DNA of 64,000 bases from an uncultured Methanosarcinaceae archaeon (GCA_963847185.1 CAWJYV010000006.1:1-64000), one strand, 5' to 3'. Shown: positions 12,194-22,860, counted from the first letter of the stretch. Made by a program: numbers and translations. Notes: generated by a model not told the origin, from the sequence alone.

Positions 12194-12558
12194 TTCGTAA
12201 AAATGTAGATCTGAATGCTCCGAATGTCAACTTTGTATTTGCAGTTACATTCTTTTTAAGTATCAACAGCGAAAACAATTTCCCTTTTTCGGCAGTTGAA
12301 ATTCCACAATTCTCAATACTTTACCAAAGTTGAGGATTGGAATTTATGCTGAAAATGGGGAAAATAGCTATTGATTAGGGATTCGCTGCACTTAAGAAAA
12401 ACAAAACCTCTTTGAAAAAGATATTTATAAAAAGCAAAGCTTATCGGATCCTCAGAGTTTTCCTTCAAAATCTTCTAAATTCACGAGCTTTTTAAATTTA
12501 CCTTAAATTAACAAAAGAGCCGACGCAAGGTTTGCAGTCGGCTGCAGAGAATGTTAGG

Positions 12559-12930
12559 TTAAAACATCACTAGTGTTTTGAAGCCACCGTAAGCCATTCG
12601 ATTGTAATCAAATAGCTCAGGACCTGACTCCATCATATCTATAATCCTCTGATCCTTCATAACTTCTTCATTTATTCTATCTCTTTGATCTTTTGATTCA
12701 TAAACGATCCATGAAAAAATTACGGTTTCTCCTTCAGAGGTGTCAGCTGCCTGCTTGAAGGAAACAATTCCTTCAATGTCCAGATCATCTCCAACACATT
12801 CGTAATACTCTAAGGCACCATATTCTTTCCATATCTCACCTGCCTTTTGAGCAATTTTTCTGTATTCGTTTACTTTCTCTTTAGCAATAGGGATTAAAAA
12901 CCCATCCACATATCTTTCTATATTTTCCAT
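12559..12930 (-). CDS. DUF1428 (YbaA-like) protein
   Basis: YVDGF, WKEYGAL.Y.EC.GDD, FSWI.Y, FD..RM.YGGF; ORF 12559..12957 with likely ATG at 12930. Confidence 0.9.
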   Translation of the reverse strand: MENIERYVDGFLIPIAKEKVNEYRKIAQKAGEIWKEYGALEYYECVGDDLDIEGIVSFKQAADTSEGETVIFSWIVYESKDQRDRINEEVMKDQRIIDMMESGPELFDYNRMAYGGFKTLVMF

Positions 12931-13100
12931 ATTCTCTCTCCTTTCTTTATCTAACACCCTTCTCTAAACTGTATCCTAAAGGTACGGGCTGTGACGTTTT
13001 TGGCCCCCGGCAAAAACTTAAAAAATTCTACTGATATGGATTTTTTTCTTTGCCTTTTCGATGGCTATAATCTATTTTATGCTATACGTATTATTTTAAT

Positions 13101-13319
13101 GCTCGCGCTGGAAACGTCGGACTCCACCTTGCAGAAGATGGAGTCTATCACTTACTTACTGGGATAGAGGAGAAACTGCCAGAGTACAAGGTTTATGCAT
13201 GTAAGGAAGATCTTAAAGCAAGAGCTATTGGCAAGAGAGAAAGTTACGTACCGGATAACTTTTATGTTACACTGATAGATGAGATTACGGAACACTCCAA
13301 GCACACATACATGTTTTAA
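13101..13319 (+). pseudogene. DsrH/TusB-like sulfur-relay protein fragment with no in-frame start
   Basis: Translates GNVGLHLAEDGVY...VYACKEDLKARAI...; in-frame TAA at 13068 upstream and no start codon. Confidence 0.55.
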
Positions 13320-13482
13320 AGTTTCTGGATTACACGTTTAGATTTTACTTTTTGATTTTACACTTTGAGGTGCCCGGCTTTACTTTTACTTCTTTTAAAT
13401 GTCCTTTTAACATCATTAAATAGGATGGGAAATGGATAGATAATTTTGGATTTAGAAACATATATATAGTTTCACTCATTCA

Positions 13483-13794
13483 ATGATTGTTTATATGATT
13501 AATGAAGAAAAAATACAGCTTTTCAAAGCCCTAAGTGAAGATACAAGGTATAGAATTATTAAGGCTTTAATTGAATCTGAGAGTGAATCCAGGGAAAATA
13601 AATACGGTGGCAAAGGAGAAATATGCGCCTGTGAGATCCCAGAAATAATTGGTAAGACGCAATCCAATACCTCAATGCACCTTGCAAAACTGCAAGATTG
13701 GGGTATAATCAAAGTAAGAAAAAATGGGAAAATGAGGCTGTATTCTATAAAAAACGAAAAAATAAGGAAGATTTTAGAAGTCCTTGAAGAATAA
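13483..13794 (+). CDS. ArsR/SmtB family transcriptional regulator
   Basis: FKALS..TR..I, EICACEI, QSNTSMHLAKL wHTH. Confidence 0.9.
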   Translation: MIVYMINEEKIQLFKALSEDTRYRIIKALIESESESRENKYGGKGEICACEIPEIIGKTQSNTSMHLAKLQDWGIIKVRKNGKMRLYSIKNEKIRKILEVLEE

Positions 13795-13811
13795 ATTTTG
13801 TAGTACTATAT

Positions 13812-13940
13812 GAGCTCATCCCAAAAGCATTTTTATTCCCAAATTACTAAAAGTTCATAATTGGACTAATCATCAAAGGAACGATTGATTATTCCAAATT
13901 CGAGAGTAGAGGAGATAATTTTGAGTTTTGGGATCAGCTC
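13812..13940. mobile_element. MITE-like element, family A (~130 bp)
   Basis: TIR GAGCTCATCCCAAAA...TTTTGGGATCAGCTC. Confidence 0.75.
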
Positions 13941-14029
13941 AAAGCTTAATAATCTCTAGACTTTGTTTTTCAGATCTGGCTAAACTCTTAATTTGCAGCA
14001 AAAATGTGAGGTTTATTTATACCCACACG

Positions 14030-14712
14030 ATTTGAAGGAAATAAAATATTTTTTTTCTCCAGTAAAGTGCGACATTCATAAGTCCTATCATGACTGGTAC
14101 TTCATTCAGAGGACCTACTACCGCTGCAAATGCCTGTCTGGAATCGATACCGAAAACTGCTAATGCTACTGCAGTTGCCAGTTTGAAATTATTACTGGCT
14201 GCGATAAAAGAAAGAGATGTTGTCTGTCCAAGTTTCCCCTAATTTCATAGAGATAAAAAAGCATATACAAGACATAACTACGAAATAGATTAAGGGAGGA
14301 ATTGCAATCCTTACAACGTCTAAAGGCAGGATAACAATATATTCTCCTTTTAATAAGAACATTACAATAATCGTAAACAGTAGAGCATAAAGCGAAATAG
14401 GGCCTTTGTAGGAGTGAATTTTCCATCATATCATTCAGCCCCTTTTGAAGGACGAAGGAAATAACGGGTTAAAAAACCAGCGGCAAAAGGATTCCAGGGT
14501 AAATAACAACACTCTGAGCAATTTCTCTCATAGAAACACCTATTTCCATACCACTCAGGCAGCACAGTTATAAAGAAATAGGCAAAGACGGAGTAAAAGA
14601 CCAACTGAAAGATGGAATTAAAGGCACTAGAGCAGCAGCGTACTCATTATCTCCGTCTGCCAGAGTGTTCCAGACAATCACCATGGCAATACATCTTGCT
14701 AGCCCGATTAGA
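14030..14712 (-). pseudogene. acr3: Acr3 arsenite efflux transporter remnant
   Basis: Minus-strand pieces [33 protein letters not shown] and [27 protein letters not shown], with frameshifts; N-terminus missing. Confidence 0.8.
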
Positions 14713-14729
14713 ATCACACCTACCACATA

Positions 14730-15048
14730 TTCCGCCTATATTGGAAACACCGATCCATCTGGGTTCCAAATGGGATGTCATGGAGGAAACTTTACGTCAA
14801 GAAGGAGATAATGCTATCCAATATGCGAATGACATTGCAGAGGAGAAGGGAATAGACTATGAAGGTGTGGTTATAGAAGGTAACCAGCTGATACAATTCT
14901 AGAATTTGCGGAGCAGAAAAAAGTAAATATGATAGTAATGGGAATCCTTGGTAAAGGTGGATTAGAAAGGTTTTTGCTTGGAAGTGTAACAGATAAGGTG
15001 GTAAGGCACTCAAAAATTTCTGTTCATGTAGTAAAGAAATTAAATTAG
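14730..15048 (+). pseudogene. Universal stress protein (UspA) C-terminal remnant, frameshifted
   Basis: IEGN / ADTILEFAEQKKVNMIVMG..G.GGLERFLLGSVTDKVVRHS across a frameshift near 14883. Confidence 0.75.
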
Positions 15049-15104
15049 AATATAATCAGGTGAAAAGTTAAGAAAAAATTTAAGGTAGTCTCAAGTAGAT
15101 TTTT

Positions 15105-15452
15105 TCAGTCCCCACAGCAACAGCTAAAGTCATCTTCTTTTTTTTCTTTATTCTTTTCAAAAATTCTATCATATATATTTTCTTTGTATATATTCGTCCA
15201 TCCAATCTGTGTACCTGCAGCAACAAACATTGCAACTGAGATGGCTTCTGCAATTTCCTCCTTTGTGGCTCCTGCTGTAATTGCTCTTTGTGAGTGGGTG
15301 TCAACACAAAATTGGCAGCGCATAAGTACAGAGGATGCAATAGCGATCAGTTCCTTAGTTTTGAGATCCAGGAAACCATCTTTGAAAATTGAATTTCTCA
15401 TTTGTCCGAAAGCTTCCGCAGTTTCAGGCATCATTTCGTTCAAAAATGACAT
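15105..15452 (-). CDS. Carboxymuconolactone decarboxylase / AhpD family protein
   Basis: LDLKTKELIAIA, C-x2-C...H, GATKEEIAEA; aggag RBS. Confidence 0.88.
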   Translation of the reverse strand: MSFLNEMMPETAEAFGQMRNSIFKDGFLDLKTKELIAIASSVLMRCQFCVDTHSQRAITAGATKEEIAEAISVAMFVAAGTQIGWTNIYKENIYDRIFEKNKEKKEDDFSCCCGD

Positions 15453-16063
15453 TTAAATCAACTCCTTAAACAACTAGATGTATGGTGAAATTCAATGACC
15501 AGGCTTTCTGCAAAAAGCAGAGTTCCACTGCATAGTACTACCTCGATTTTCAGGCTTATGGGTGTACAGAAGGTCTTCATCATCGTCTTTTGAGTTGCTT
15601 TCAGGATCTTTTACTACTGCCTTATTATCTGTTTCATTCATTTCCCAACCTCCTTATTGATTGAATTTCAAATGCGAATATAAGCGATAATAAACCTAAG
15701 CATTAAAAACCGTTAGGGTGAGTATCAAAGGAAATTGATACGTGGATACTCTTTCCCACCTTATAGCTAAATATGGCTTCATCTTTATTCGGTTAACAAG
15801 ATTTTAACGCTAAATGGGCACTGGAATGTGACATGAATACGGCCATTGCAAAACCTTTTGGAGTAGGCATTGCGAATACAAAGGATATTTTCGATGCAAT
15901 ACACAAAAAAGTCAACTGGCACCATAAGCATCTTAACTTTTCTCTTATCCTCGTGCAGGTAGTAATCAGGCTAGATCATTAATTGCTTGTGTCTACACCT
16001 GCATCCCTGAACAAATGCATATCGCATTATACTATCATTTCTTCACAAGTGTTTGAAATCAGA

Positions 16064-16114
16064 ATTAAGATCCGGTATCGAAGGATTTCGTAAGTTCGAA
16101 TCCCACCCATCGCA
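16064..16114 (+). pseudogene. Degenerate 3' half of tRNA-Leu(TAA), possible att remnant
   Basis: ttaaga anticodon loop, tccgg, long variable arm, GTTCGAATCCCAC T-loop and acceptor ccatcgca; 5' half absent and T-stem mismatched. Confidence 0.6.
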
Positions 16115-16820
16115 CTAAACTTTTTTAATTAACTTCTATTTTTCTACAATTATTCAATTTTATTTACGTTTCGTCTGAGTTATGACAAGGTTCAGATTTA
16201 AACGCGGACTCAAGATCAGTTTACGAAAGTACTTGTGAATTTGGATTAAATCCTAGCGCCAAATTCGAGCACATTAATAAGAAACTGTAAAATTAAGGCT
16301 CTATTTAATTCAACTGTAAGAGGCTGAAATTAGATCAATAAAAGTGTATCAGGTTATTCAGTTCAAATATTGGGATTCATTGTTTCAGAGGATTTATCTA
16401 TAGAGCCAAAATTAAACTCTTGCCTTAACAGATACCTGCTGCAATTAAAAAAGAGACTGATCTGGACCGACAAATGGCCAAACCTGTCTGAAATTTGAGA
16501 GCCTTTTTATAAATGATGTATTTACACCAAGTTATTAACTCAAATCTACTATTCAATAATTAATTATCCGCCTTTGTTTTATCCATCTTGGACCAAAAAT
16601 TACGGATTTCCTGCTCCTGCTTTTCCCATTCTTTTTCAAGAAGTAGTAGTTCGTCTTCAGTCATTCACTATACCCCCAAGTTCATTAAATTTTAATCAAA
16701 GATCGTTTCAAAGAATATCTTTCTCATATAATATAAATTTATTGAATCTGTTGAAGTTTCTTATCGTCTGAGGCTGGCATCCTTACAACATCTATGAAAT
16801 AACCAAGGAAGATTTATTTT

Positions 16821-16951
16821 GAGCTCATCCCAAAACTCAACATCGGTTCCCTGAATCTCGAATTATGAGCGATTAATCGAGTTTCTTATCATAGATTATA
16901 GTTCTAAAACTTTTATTAATTTGAGAAGAAACTTTGGTTTTGGGATAAACT
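16821..16951. mobile_element. MITE-like element, family A
   Basis: GAGCTCATCCCAAAA...TTTTGGGATAAACT. Confidence 0.7.
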
Positions 16952-16966
16952 TTTTCAATATAATGA

Positions 16967-17095
16967 GAGCTGATCTCAAAACTCAAAAACTACTTCTTTG
17001 AATTTCAACTTAAAACATTTAATTGAGTTACTGATCAGGAAAGTAGTTATGAAATTCCTATGGATATGGAAAAAAATAGGTTTTGGAATAGGCTC
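16967..17095. mobile_element. MITE-like element, family A (adjacent copy)
   Basis: GAGCTGATCTCAAAA...TTTTGGAATAGGCTC. Confidence 0.65.
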
Positions 17096-17211
17096 TATTA
17101 GTAATTCACTTTATGCAGCGCTTAAAAGGAAGCCTACAATTCCGAATAATTATTTTTGCCTTTCCATGTGAGTAAGACAAATTGAGAATAAAAGAAAATG
17201 AGTAAAATAAT

Positions 17212-17442
17212 TTATAGCATATCCGGTAAAGCGTCTGATTGGTTACAATAGTCACAATTACATTTATTTCCTGTTACCGGTTTAAACATCTTTATAATAT
17301 TTAAATTCATTTCAGAAACTTTTATAATCTCCTCCAAAATCTTTTCTTTTTGCAACATTATCTCTACACACGTTGGACTTTTCATTCTCTCGCTTTGGAA
17401 TTCCACATATTCCAAAGCCAGTGTCACTAATGCATGTACCAC
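17212..17442 (-). CDS. Small hypothetical protein with C-terminal CNCDYC
   Basis: 76-aa ORF with protein-like composition; start uncertain. Confidence 0.35.
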   Translation of the reverse strand: MVHALVTLALEYVEFQSERMKSPTCVEIMLQKEKILEEIIKVSEMNLNIIKMFKPVTGNKCNCDYCNQSDALPDML

Positions 17443-18456
17443 TTCATCGCCATCCGAAAATCACTTTTTATAATAATTGGTCCCAGAAACGGAACCTTAT
17501 TGGCTACTCTGGATATCCCTTCAAGGGTATTTATACGTTGTTTTTTATCGCCTTTTCTCTGTCATCTCTCCTTTAATTTCATACGATCAGGAGCATCCAG
17601 GATTGAGTGCAAAAAGAATAAGTCAAGAAAAAGGTGGCTGTTGTTTTCAACTGAATTTATAACCGCTAAATCTACAAGGAACCTGAAATGTTCCTGTAAA
17701 TCTTAGGCAAAAATATTTTTGCTGGTATTCATTTCATGTAAAAACCCTGCATTCCAAAAAAATCAGCTCTAAAAGGAAAATAATCAAGGAATTTAGTACA
17801 TAGATACTTGAACAGGAAATATCTTGCTACTGGATAGATTATTCTTGGTAGATCAGCTTCAATTTAAAAAAACAGCTTATATTAATTAGTTTTAATTTTT
17901 AAGCATATAAATCCTAATTTCGATTTAATTGGGAGCCGATTGCCACTTTTATTTGGCTCCCAATTCCATGATTCAACCAAATGATTAAAAGATAACCCTT
18001 TAACTCTTAATCATCTACTCCGCATATATATTAGGAATTTATATATAATGCACGGCTTAAAAAATTCCTTACAATTAAATAATTTATTATCATCAAATAA
18101 TTTCTTGCCATTAAATAATTTAACTATTCCAAAATTGGTAAATTTACTTTTATTCTATTGACACTAACTGGTTTGCATAAAACACGAGAAATTTTGTTTT
18201 GCGAGACGAAGAAGGTAATTAGCACGGAGTTTTCAGTGGAAAAATCATGGCTGCTTTATTTCCTTCCCAACCTCTTAATCTCAGGTTGTAATTCTCAATT
18301 ACAATGAAATCTTTCTTGTCCATTGTCCGTTTCCAACCATATTTGTAACCGCTAAATCTATAAGAAACCTTAAAGGCTCCCTAAAAACAAGGCTAAACTG
18401 TTTATTCCAGTTCATTTCAGGTAAAAATCCCTGCTAAAGCTGGCGTTGATTCTCGC

Positions 18457-18712
18457 TTATTTTTCTTCTGTCACTGCGGACCTTATAGCGAATTCGGTTC
18501 CGTTATTTATTTTCAGCTCAAGTTTCCCATCTAACTGATTACAAGGATGGTTATCAGTTGTGTGCCAAGACTATCAGGATCCTCGATGCCAAGATTTTCA
18601 GGAACGCCTACACAGTTGCCTGAAACGATCAGAACAGAACGGGTATCTTATTGCTTCCTTTTTGTGTTTTGCAGTTTCTTCTCTAGAGGGAGCTTTATAC
18701 GGATTTCTCCTA
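18457..18712 (-). pseudogene. Histidine kinase HATPase_c C-terminal remnant
   Basis: GEIRIKL...VSGNCVGVPENLGIEDPDSLGTQL...QLDGKLELKINNGTEFAI with frameshifts. Confidence 0.7.
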
Positions 18713-20428
18713 AGTAAAGATTATGAAGGATTACCAAAATCAAGTCAAGCATTAATATATGCAGCTATGATTAGAATAATGATTAAAAGAATGGTTAATA
18801 TTAAGAATTGAAGATGTAAGAATAATTTTAAGACATACTCTAAAGTTTACTAGAAACCTTTTTGCTAATTTAAGAGTATTTGCCTTGTGACCTCTTCTTC
18901 CTGATTATTAGGACCTATTATTCCCGACTTAATGGATCTAGCTCAAATATTTTTTCCACCACAAGAGCGTTAACGCAATTAATAACTGGATAGAAATAAA
19001 AATAAAGGTGACAAGTGTATAAGCTTATTGATTTGGATTGAAAACAGACTATTCTGTCCGGCAGCTTTCATAAAAGATACTATGTTAATTTTTTACTGAA
19101 GAAAAAAATAATAATAACCTATAGTGAAGTTCTCGCATTTGTTTTAATATATATGGAATGTTACAGATTTTGATTTCAAAAAAGCGAGTTTCTGGCTTAT
19201 CTCTTTCAGGCTTCAATGGTTTAAAATGTTTAAAATCAGAGGGTGAACGGGCGGGGAGAAATTGACCCGCCCAGTGAGAAGGGCAGGACAGAAAACCAGA
19301 CCTACCCTTGGTAATTGCAGACCTTGACCGGTCATCAGTAAGTCTGCATAAATAATATAAGGGTCAACAATATTTAATATTTTGGAAAGTGGAGGCCGAA
19401 TCAAAGTCAGGTTAAAAGATTGAGGCAAAGGATGGAAGAAGCTCAGACTTCCACCTGGAAATGAAAGTTGTGGCGCATAAGCCAGAGGCATCAAAAACCA
19501 GAAGCGTCAAGATAATATAAGTGTCAATATATTTTTAATTCCACTCTATATTTTGAGAACCAAAAAATAAGTTCTTAATGTAACAGGAAATATATTAAAT
19601 AAATGAAAAAATAAAAATCGTAAAATATATATAACTTCCTCACAGTAGATATAACTGCGTTTAGAAATGATAAGAGGTTTTGAAATGATATATTGGCTTT
19701 TAGTGATTATTTTATCACTAGTTGTAATTTCCTCCTTGTTAAAGCCTTCAAAAAAGAATAAATGACCTCTTATATACTTATTTGTAGAATCCCGCCTTAT
19801 TGCCACATTTGGCGGGATTCTTTTGCCAACTTTTAAACAACAGGGAATGGAATACATTAAAAATATATAAATTTTCTCTATATAGCAGAATTAACACCTT
19901 TTTGTGCTATTTTTAGCCTCAATATTCTGGGCGAGAATTCTACTAAGAGCCTATCCGAAAAGTCCTGCTGCTCTGAATGTTATCCTGCACATGCTAAATC
20001 TGACCTTCCGCAGATGTCTTCAAAAAAATAACATCTTTCTTGCTATCGTTTTTTGATTATATTTTTCAGAACTTTCGTATATTACGCCATTTTAGCATTT
20101 TCAAACTTTTTCGAGTAATTTTGCTTGCTATACAAAATGGTGCTAGGAATATTGATCCGATACCAAATGAGATGAACATGATTATAATATATGCTATTAA
20201 TGTCGTCTTCCCCATGATATAGAACTTTACAACTATTAGATTTTAATCACTTTGTTTGTCCACAAATATTTTAACATAGTTTTAATTTACTAGATCCTGG
20301 TTATATGTACAACAAAAAAAAATGTTTTTTAGGCGTAGAAGTCCCGCAGCGCCTTGTTGATACCAAAGGTCTTGTAAGCTTGAATTTATACTTTATACTC
20401 TTTTCAGATTTGAGCTATGCTTTCAAAA

Positions 20429-20580
20429 TTATGCAATTATGAATGGCTTACTCCATCCGGTATCTATATCCCACCAGTTAGTCCAGATCGCTCCATCTTT
20501 TGCCACCCAGAAAATGTCAAGATGCTCAGGCATGCGAGCAACTGCTGTAATTCCTGCATCTGATGCTTGGATTGCCTGAA
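20429..20580 (-). pseudogene. Single blade of a fucose-lectin-like beta-propeller repeat (fragment)
   Basis: ITAVARMPEHLDIFWVAKDGAIWTNWWDIDTGWSKPF; no start seen. Confidence 0.55.
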
Positions 20581-20637
20581 TGTTACGCAAGACTACTATT
20601 TCTGAAGTTAATAACCTCTATGAATCAACGAACTCAC

Positions 20638-21357
20638 TCATCCCAGGCCCCACTTCTTCCTGAACTCGAGCTTCTGCTGGCTGTTCATCCAGTGGCTGCC
20701 GTCACAGTAGGGCTTGTTCTCTGATTTCCCGCAGCGGCAGAGGGTTATCCTGTTCCGGGATTCGTACATGCTGCCATCTGCAGATTCAATGGGGATACCG
20801 CCTCGCACCCAAAGGGGGCCTTCACAACTTTTTTGTTTGTCGTGAACCAGTACAATAGATGGTTCAAATTTCTTTTCAAAGGGTTTGCCTGTCTTCTTGT
20901 CCCACAGGACCAGCCGTCCCGACGGGCAGATCATGGCTTCCTCTATGGCGGTTTGTCTGGCTTCCGGGTCGTCTGATTTTTGCATGAGACTCCTTATTCC
21001 TCCAGACCGCTGGCAGAAACGGGAATGGTCGCAGAGTTCGTAGGCATCGGTGAGCTTTAGATCAGGACCTTCAAACGTTTCCGCTTTTTCCAGGTAAGGC
21101 TTTCTGCTGGCTGTTTCGCTACCGTCAAAGCCGATCTTGCTGTGGGTCCCATCACAGAAGGGCTTATTTTCGGATGAGCCACAGCGACATAAAATATAGG
21201 CTTCCCGCCTGGGGTAATCCTTTATATCAATTAATTCTCTGGCGTGGTCGGCGTCATCGGTGACAATTACCTGTTCTAAAAGCGGCACTCCACCTGTAAC
21301 CCTATACGGCCCATCTTTGATTATCTTAATCCTCATTTTTTTCTCATTGACTGCCAT
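20638..21357 (-). CDS. CDGSH iron-sulfur domain protein (two CDGSH domains plus a central divergent Fe-S domain)
   Basis: LCRCGSSENKPFCDGTH and LCRCGKSENKPYCDGSH; central C-DH...C...CPSG. Confidence 0.92.
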   Translation of the reverse strand: MAVNEKKMRIKIIKDGPYRVTGGVPLLEQVIVTDDADHARELIDIKDYPRREAYILCRCGSSENKPFCDGTHSKIGFDGSETASRKPYLEKAETFEGPDLKLTDAYELCDHSRFCQRSGGIRSLMQKSDDPEARQTAIEEAMICPSGRLVLWDKKTGKPFEKKFEPSIVLVHDKQKSCEGPLWVRGGIPIESADGSMYESRNRITLCRCGKSENKPYCDGSHWMNSQQKLEFRKKWGLG

Positions 21358-21593
21358 AATTGTAATCCCCCATTACCTCTTATAATGCAGTAATGGATGT
21401 TTAGTCTGACTATTCGCCCCTTTGATGATTTCTATGGTTTTCCGATTCATACTGTCTCCAATAAGAGAGCGCGTAATAGGATTAATCGGATCCTCCAACC
21501 ACGCAATAAGTGATTACCGTTACAGATATATATAAAACAGAATCGCATAAATATTTGAAGAAAAACATGTGAAAACCGGGCCTGGAGTAGACC

Positions 21594-21809
21594 ATGAGAC
21601 AATTTCTCGTAGCTATAACAAAAGAAGATGACTTCTTTATTGCAAGATGTCCTGAGCTCAATGTTAATTCTCAGGGTGAAATCCTTGAAGAAGCCGAAGA
21701 AAATATCAAAGAAGCTACAGAACTGTATATTGAGGGTTTCGGGACTAAAGAACTTTCGCAACAAGCTTCCAAACCTTACCTGACCCTCGTGGAAGTCTCC
21801 AATGTCTAA
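21594..21809 (+). CDS. hicB: HicB family antitoxin
   Basis: FIARCPEL...SQGE.LEEA..NIKEA.ELY; ggag RBS. Confidence 0.85.
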   Translation: MRQFLVAITKEDDFFIARCPELNVNSQGEILEEAEENIKEATELYIEGFGTKELSQQASKPYLTLVEVSNV

Positions 21810-21834
21810 ATTACCAGTTGTATCCGGAAAATAA
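21802..21834 (+). pseudogene. hicA: HicA toxin stub (MSKLPVVSGK-stop)
   Basis: Overlaps the hicB stop; typical HicA N-terminus followed by TAA and unrelated sequence. Confidence 0.6.
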
Positions 21835-21994
21835 CTTACTATTATTTATAACTCTATTTTTTACTTTTCTGACCTGCCAGAGCGTTTCAGGCAGAATGCA
21901 CTACTGAATGAGCCGGAAGTGGCAATTTCTATAGATGTGGAGAGAAAGGCTACACGGACTGTCTGACACTGGTCAATAGATTATGTGGCTCAAA

Positions 21995-22086
21995 ACGTAG
22001 TGCTGCATAGTTTTCGAAGAATGGGTACATTTATAATTCGGTGCTAGCTTGAAAGAAATTCTCATCCTCGAAGACTTTACAGAACC
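21995..22086. repeat. Dispersed repeat / MITE-like end, family C
   Basis: tcgaag.atgg..atttataat...gaaa.gaattct.atcc...agact..acagaacc; second copy at about 26845-26934. Confidence 0.55.
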
Positions 22087-22145
22087 AAAAATCAATGCAT
22101 CGAAAATCAAAAAAAAATAGTTTTGGTGAGATATGCAAAATACCC

Positions 22146-22562
22146 TTATTCTTTTTTGTTATCAAGCTCCCAATTTAGATGTTTTTTTTGAGCTGACGAA
22201 GCCTGTTCTGTAATATGAATAAAGAGTTTCAGGTTTTTTATCCTTTTAGCAATTAATTCGATTTGTTTGCCTGTAATTTCACTATCTGTTGATTTAATTT
22301 TTAGAAACTCGGAAATTGACATTTCTTGCTCGTACTCTTTGGCAGGAAACGTTATTCCAGATTCACTGAAATCCATGTCGATAATTTCCTCGAACGAATA
22401 CCTGTTTAATATAATTTGATACTCAGTACAGAGACCTTCCTCATGCGTTAATCCATAGAGTTTTATGTCTTGATCGATTACATCTTTTAAAGCAGGATCG
22501 ATTTTTGCACTCATCTCCTTTGAATAAATATTACAGGTTATTGTTTTTTCCTCTTCTACCAT
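22146..22562 (-). CDS. Hypothetical protein
   Basis: 138-aa ORF with strong ggtgagg RBS. Confidence 0.65.
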   Translation of the reverse strand: MVEEEKTITCNIYSKEMSAKIDPALKDVIDQDIKLYGLTHEEGLCTEYQIILNRYSFEEIIDMDFSESGITFPAKEYEQEMSISEFLKIKSTDSEITGKQIELIAKRIKNLKLFIHITEQASSAQKKHLNWELDNKKE

Positions 22563-22800
22563 TTTTATTCCTCACCAGGAATAATGAATCAAGTAAAATA
22601 AGAAGTTTTTGTAAAAAACTTTTATCAGAAAAATGAATATTTTTAGTTTTGTCTGCGCAGTCTTCCAGGTAAATAGATCGAAAGAAGTGAATTATAAATT
22701 TGTAAATGACACTGTGTTTTTGGGGAGGCTGACCTTCGAACTGGCTTCATCGTTTATTGAAACTTGTCTCAACTCTGTGGACTATACAAAACTCAAAAAA

Positions 22801-22860
22801 CTTCCCTCCACGCCCGCATACTCACTTGTGAGCAGATATCGAGCGGTCACTGGCAAAAAA
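22801..22860 (+). repeat. Bulged palindromic repeat, copy 1 of 3
   Basis: cgcccgcatactcacttgtgagcagatatcgagcgg...ctggcaaaaaa. Confidence 0.7.

Noticed and set aside
14612-14902. 96-aa ORF as a real gene
   Set aside because: Chimera of acr3 antisense sequence and a usp fragment.
15492-15641. 49-aa ORF with strong RBS upstream of the AhpD-like gene
   Set aside because: No motif; probably the remnant of a decayed gene and cannot be assigned.
16064-16114. Functional tRNA gene
   Set aside because: The 5' acceptor strand and D-arm are missing and the T-stem is mismatched.
19315-19349. Hammerhead ribozyme or C/D box RNA suggested by CTGATGA on the minus strand
   Set aside because: No stem II-GAAA core and no properly placed D box.
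18560-20222. ORFs 18560..18811, 19213..19494, 19546..19857 and 20040..20222
   Set aside because: Antisense to relics or spanning hairpins and MITEs, with non-protein-like composition.
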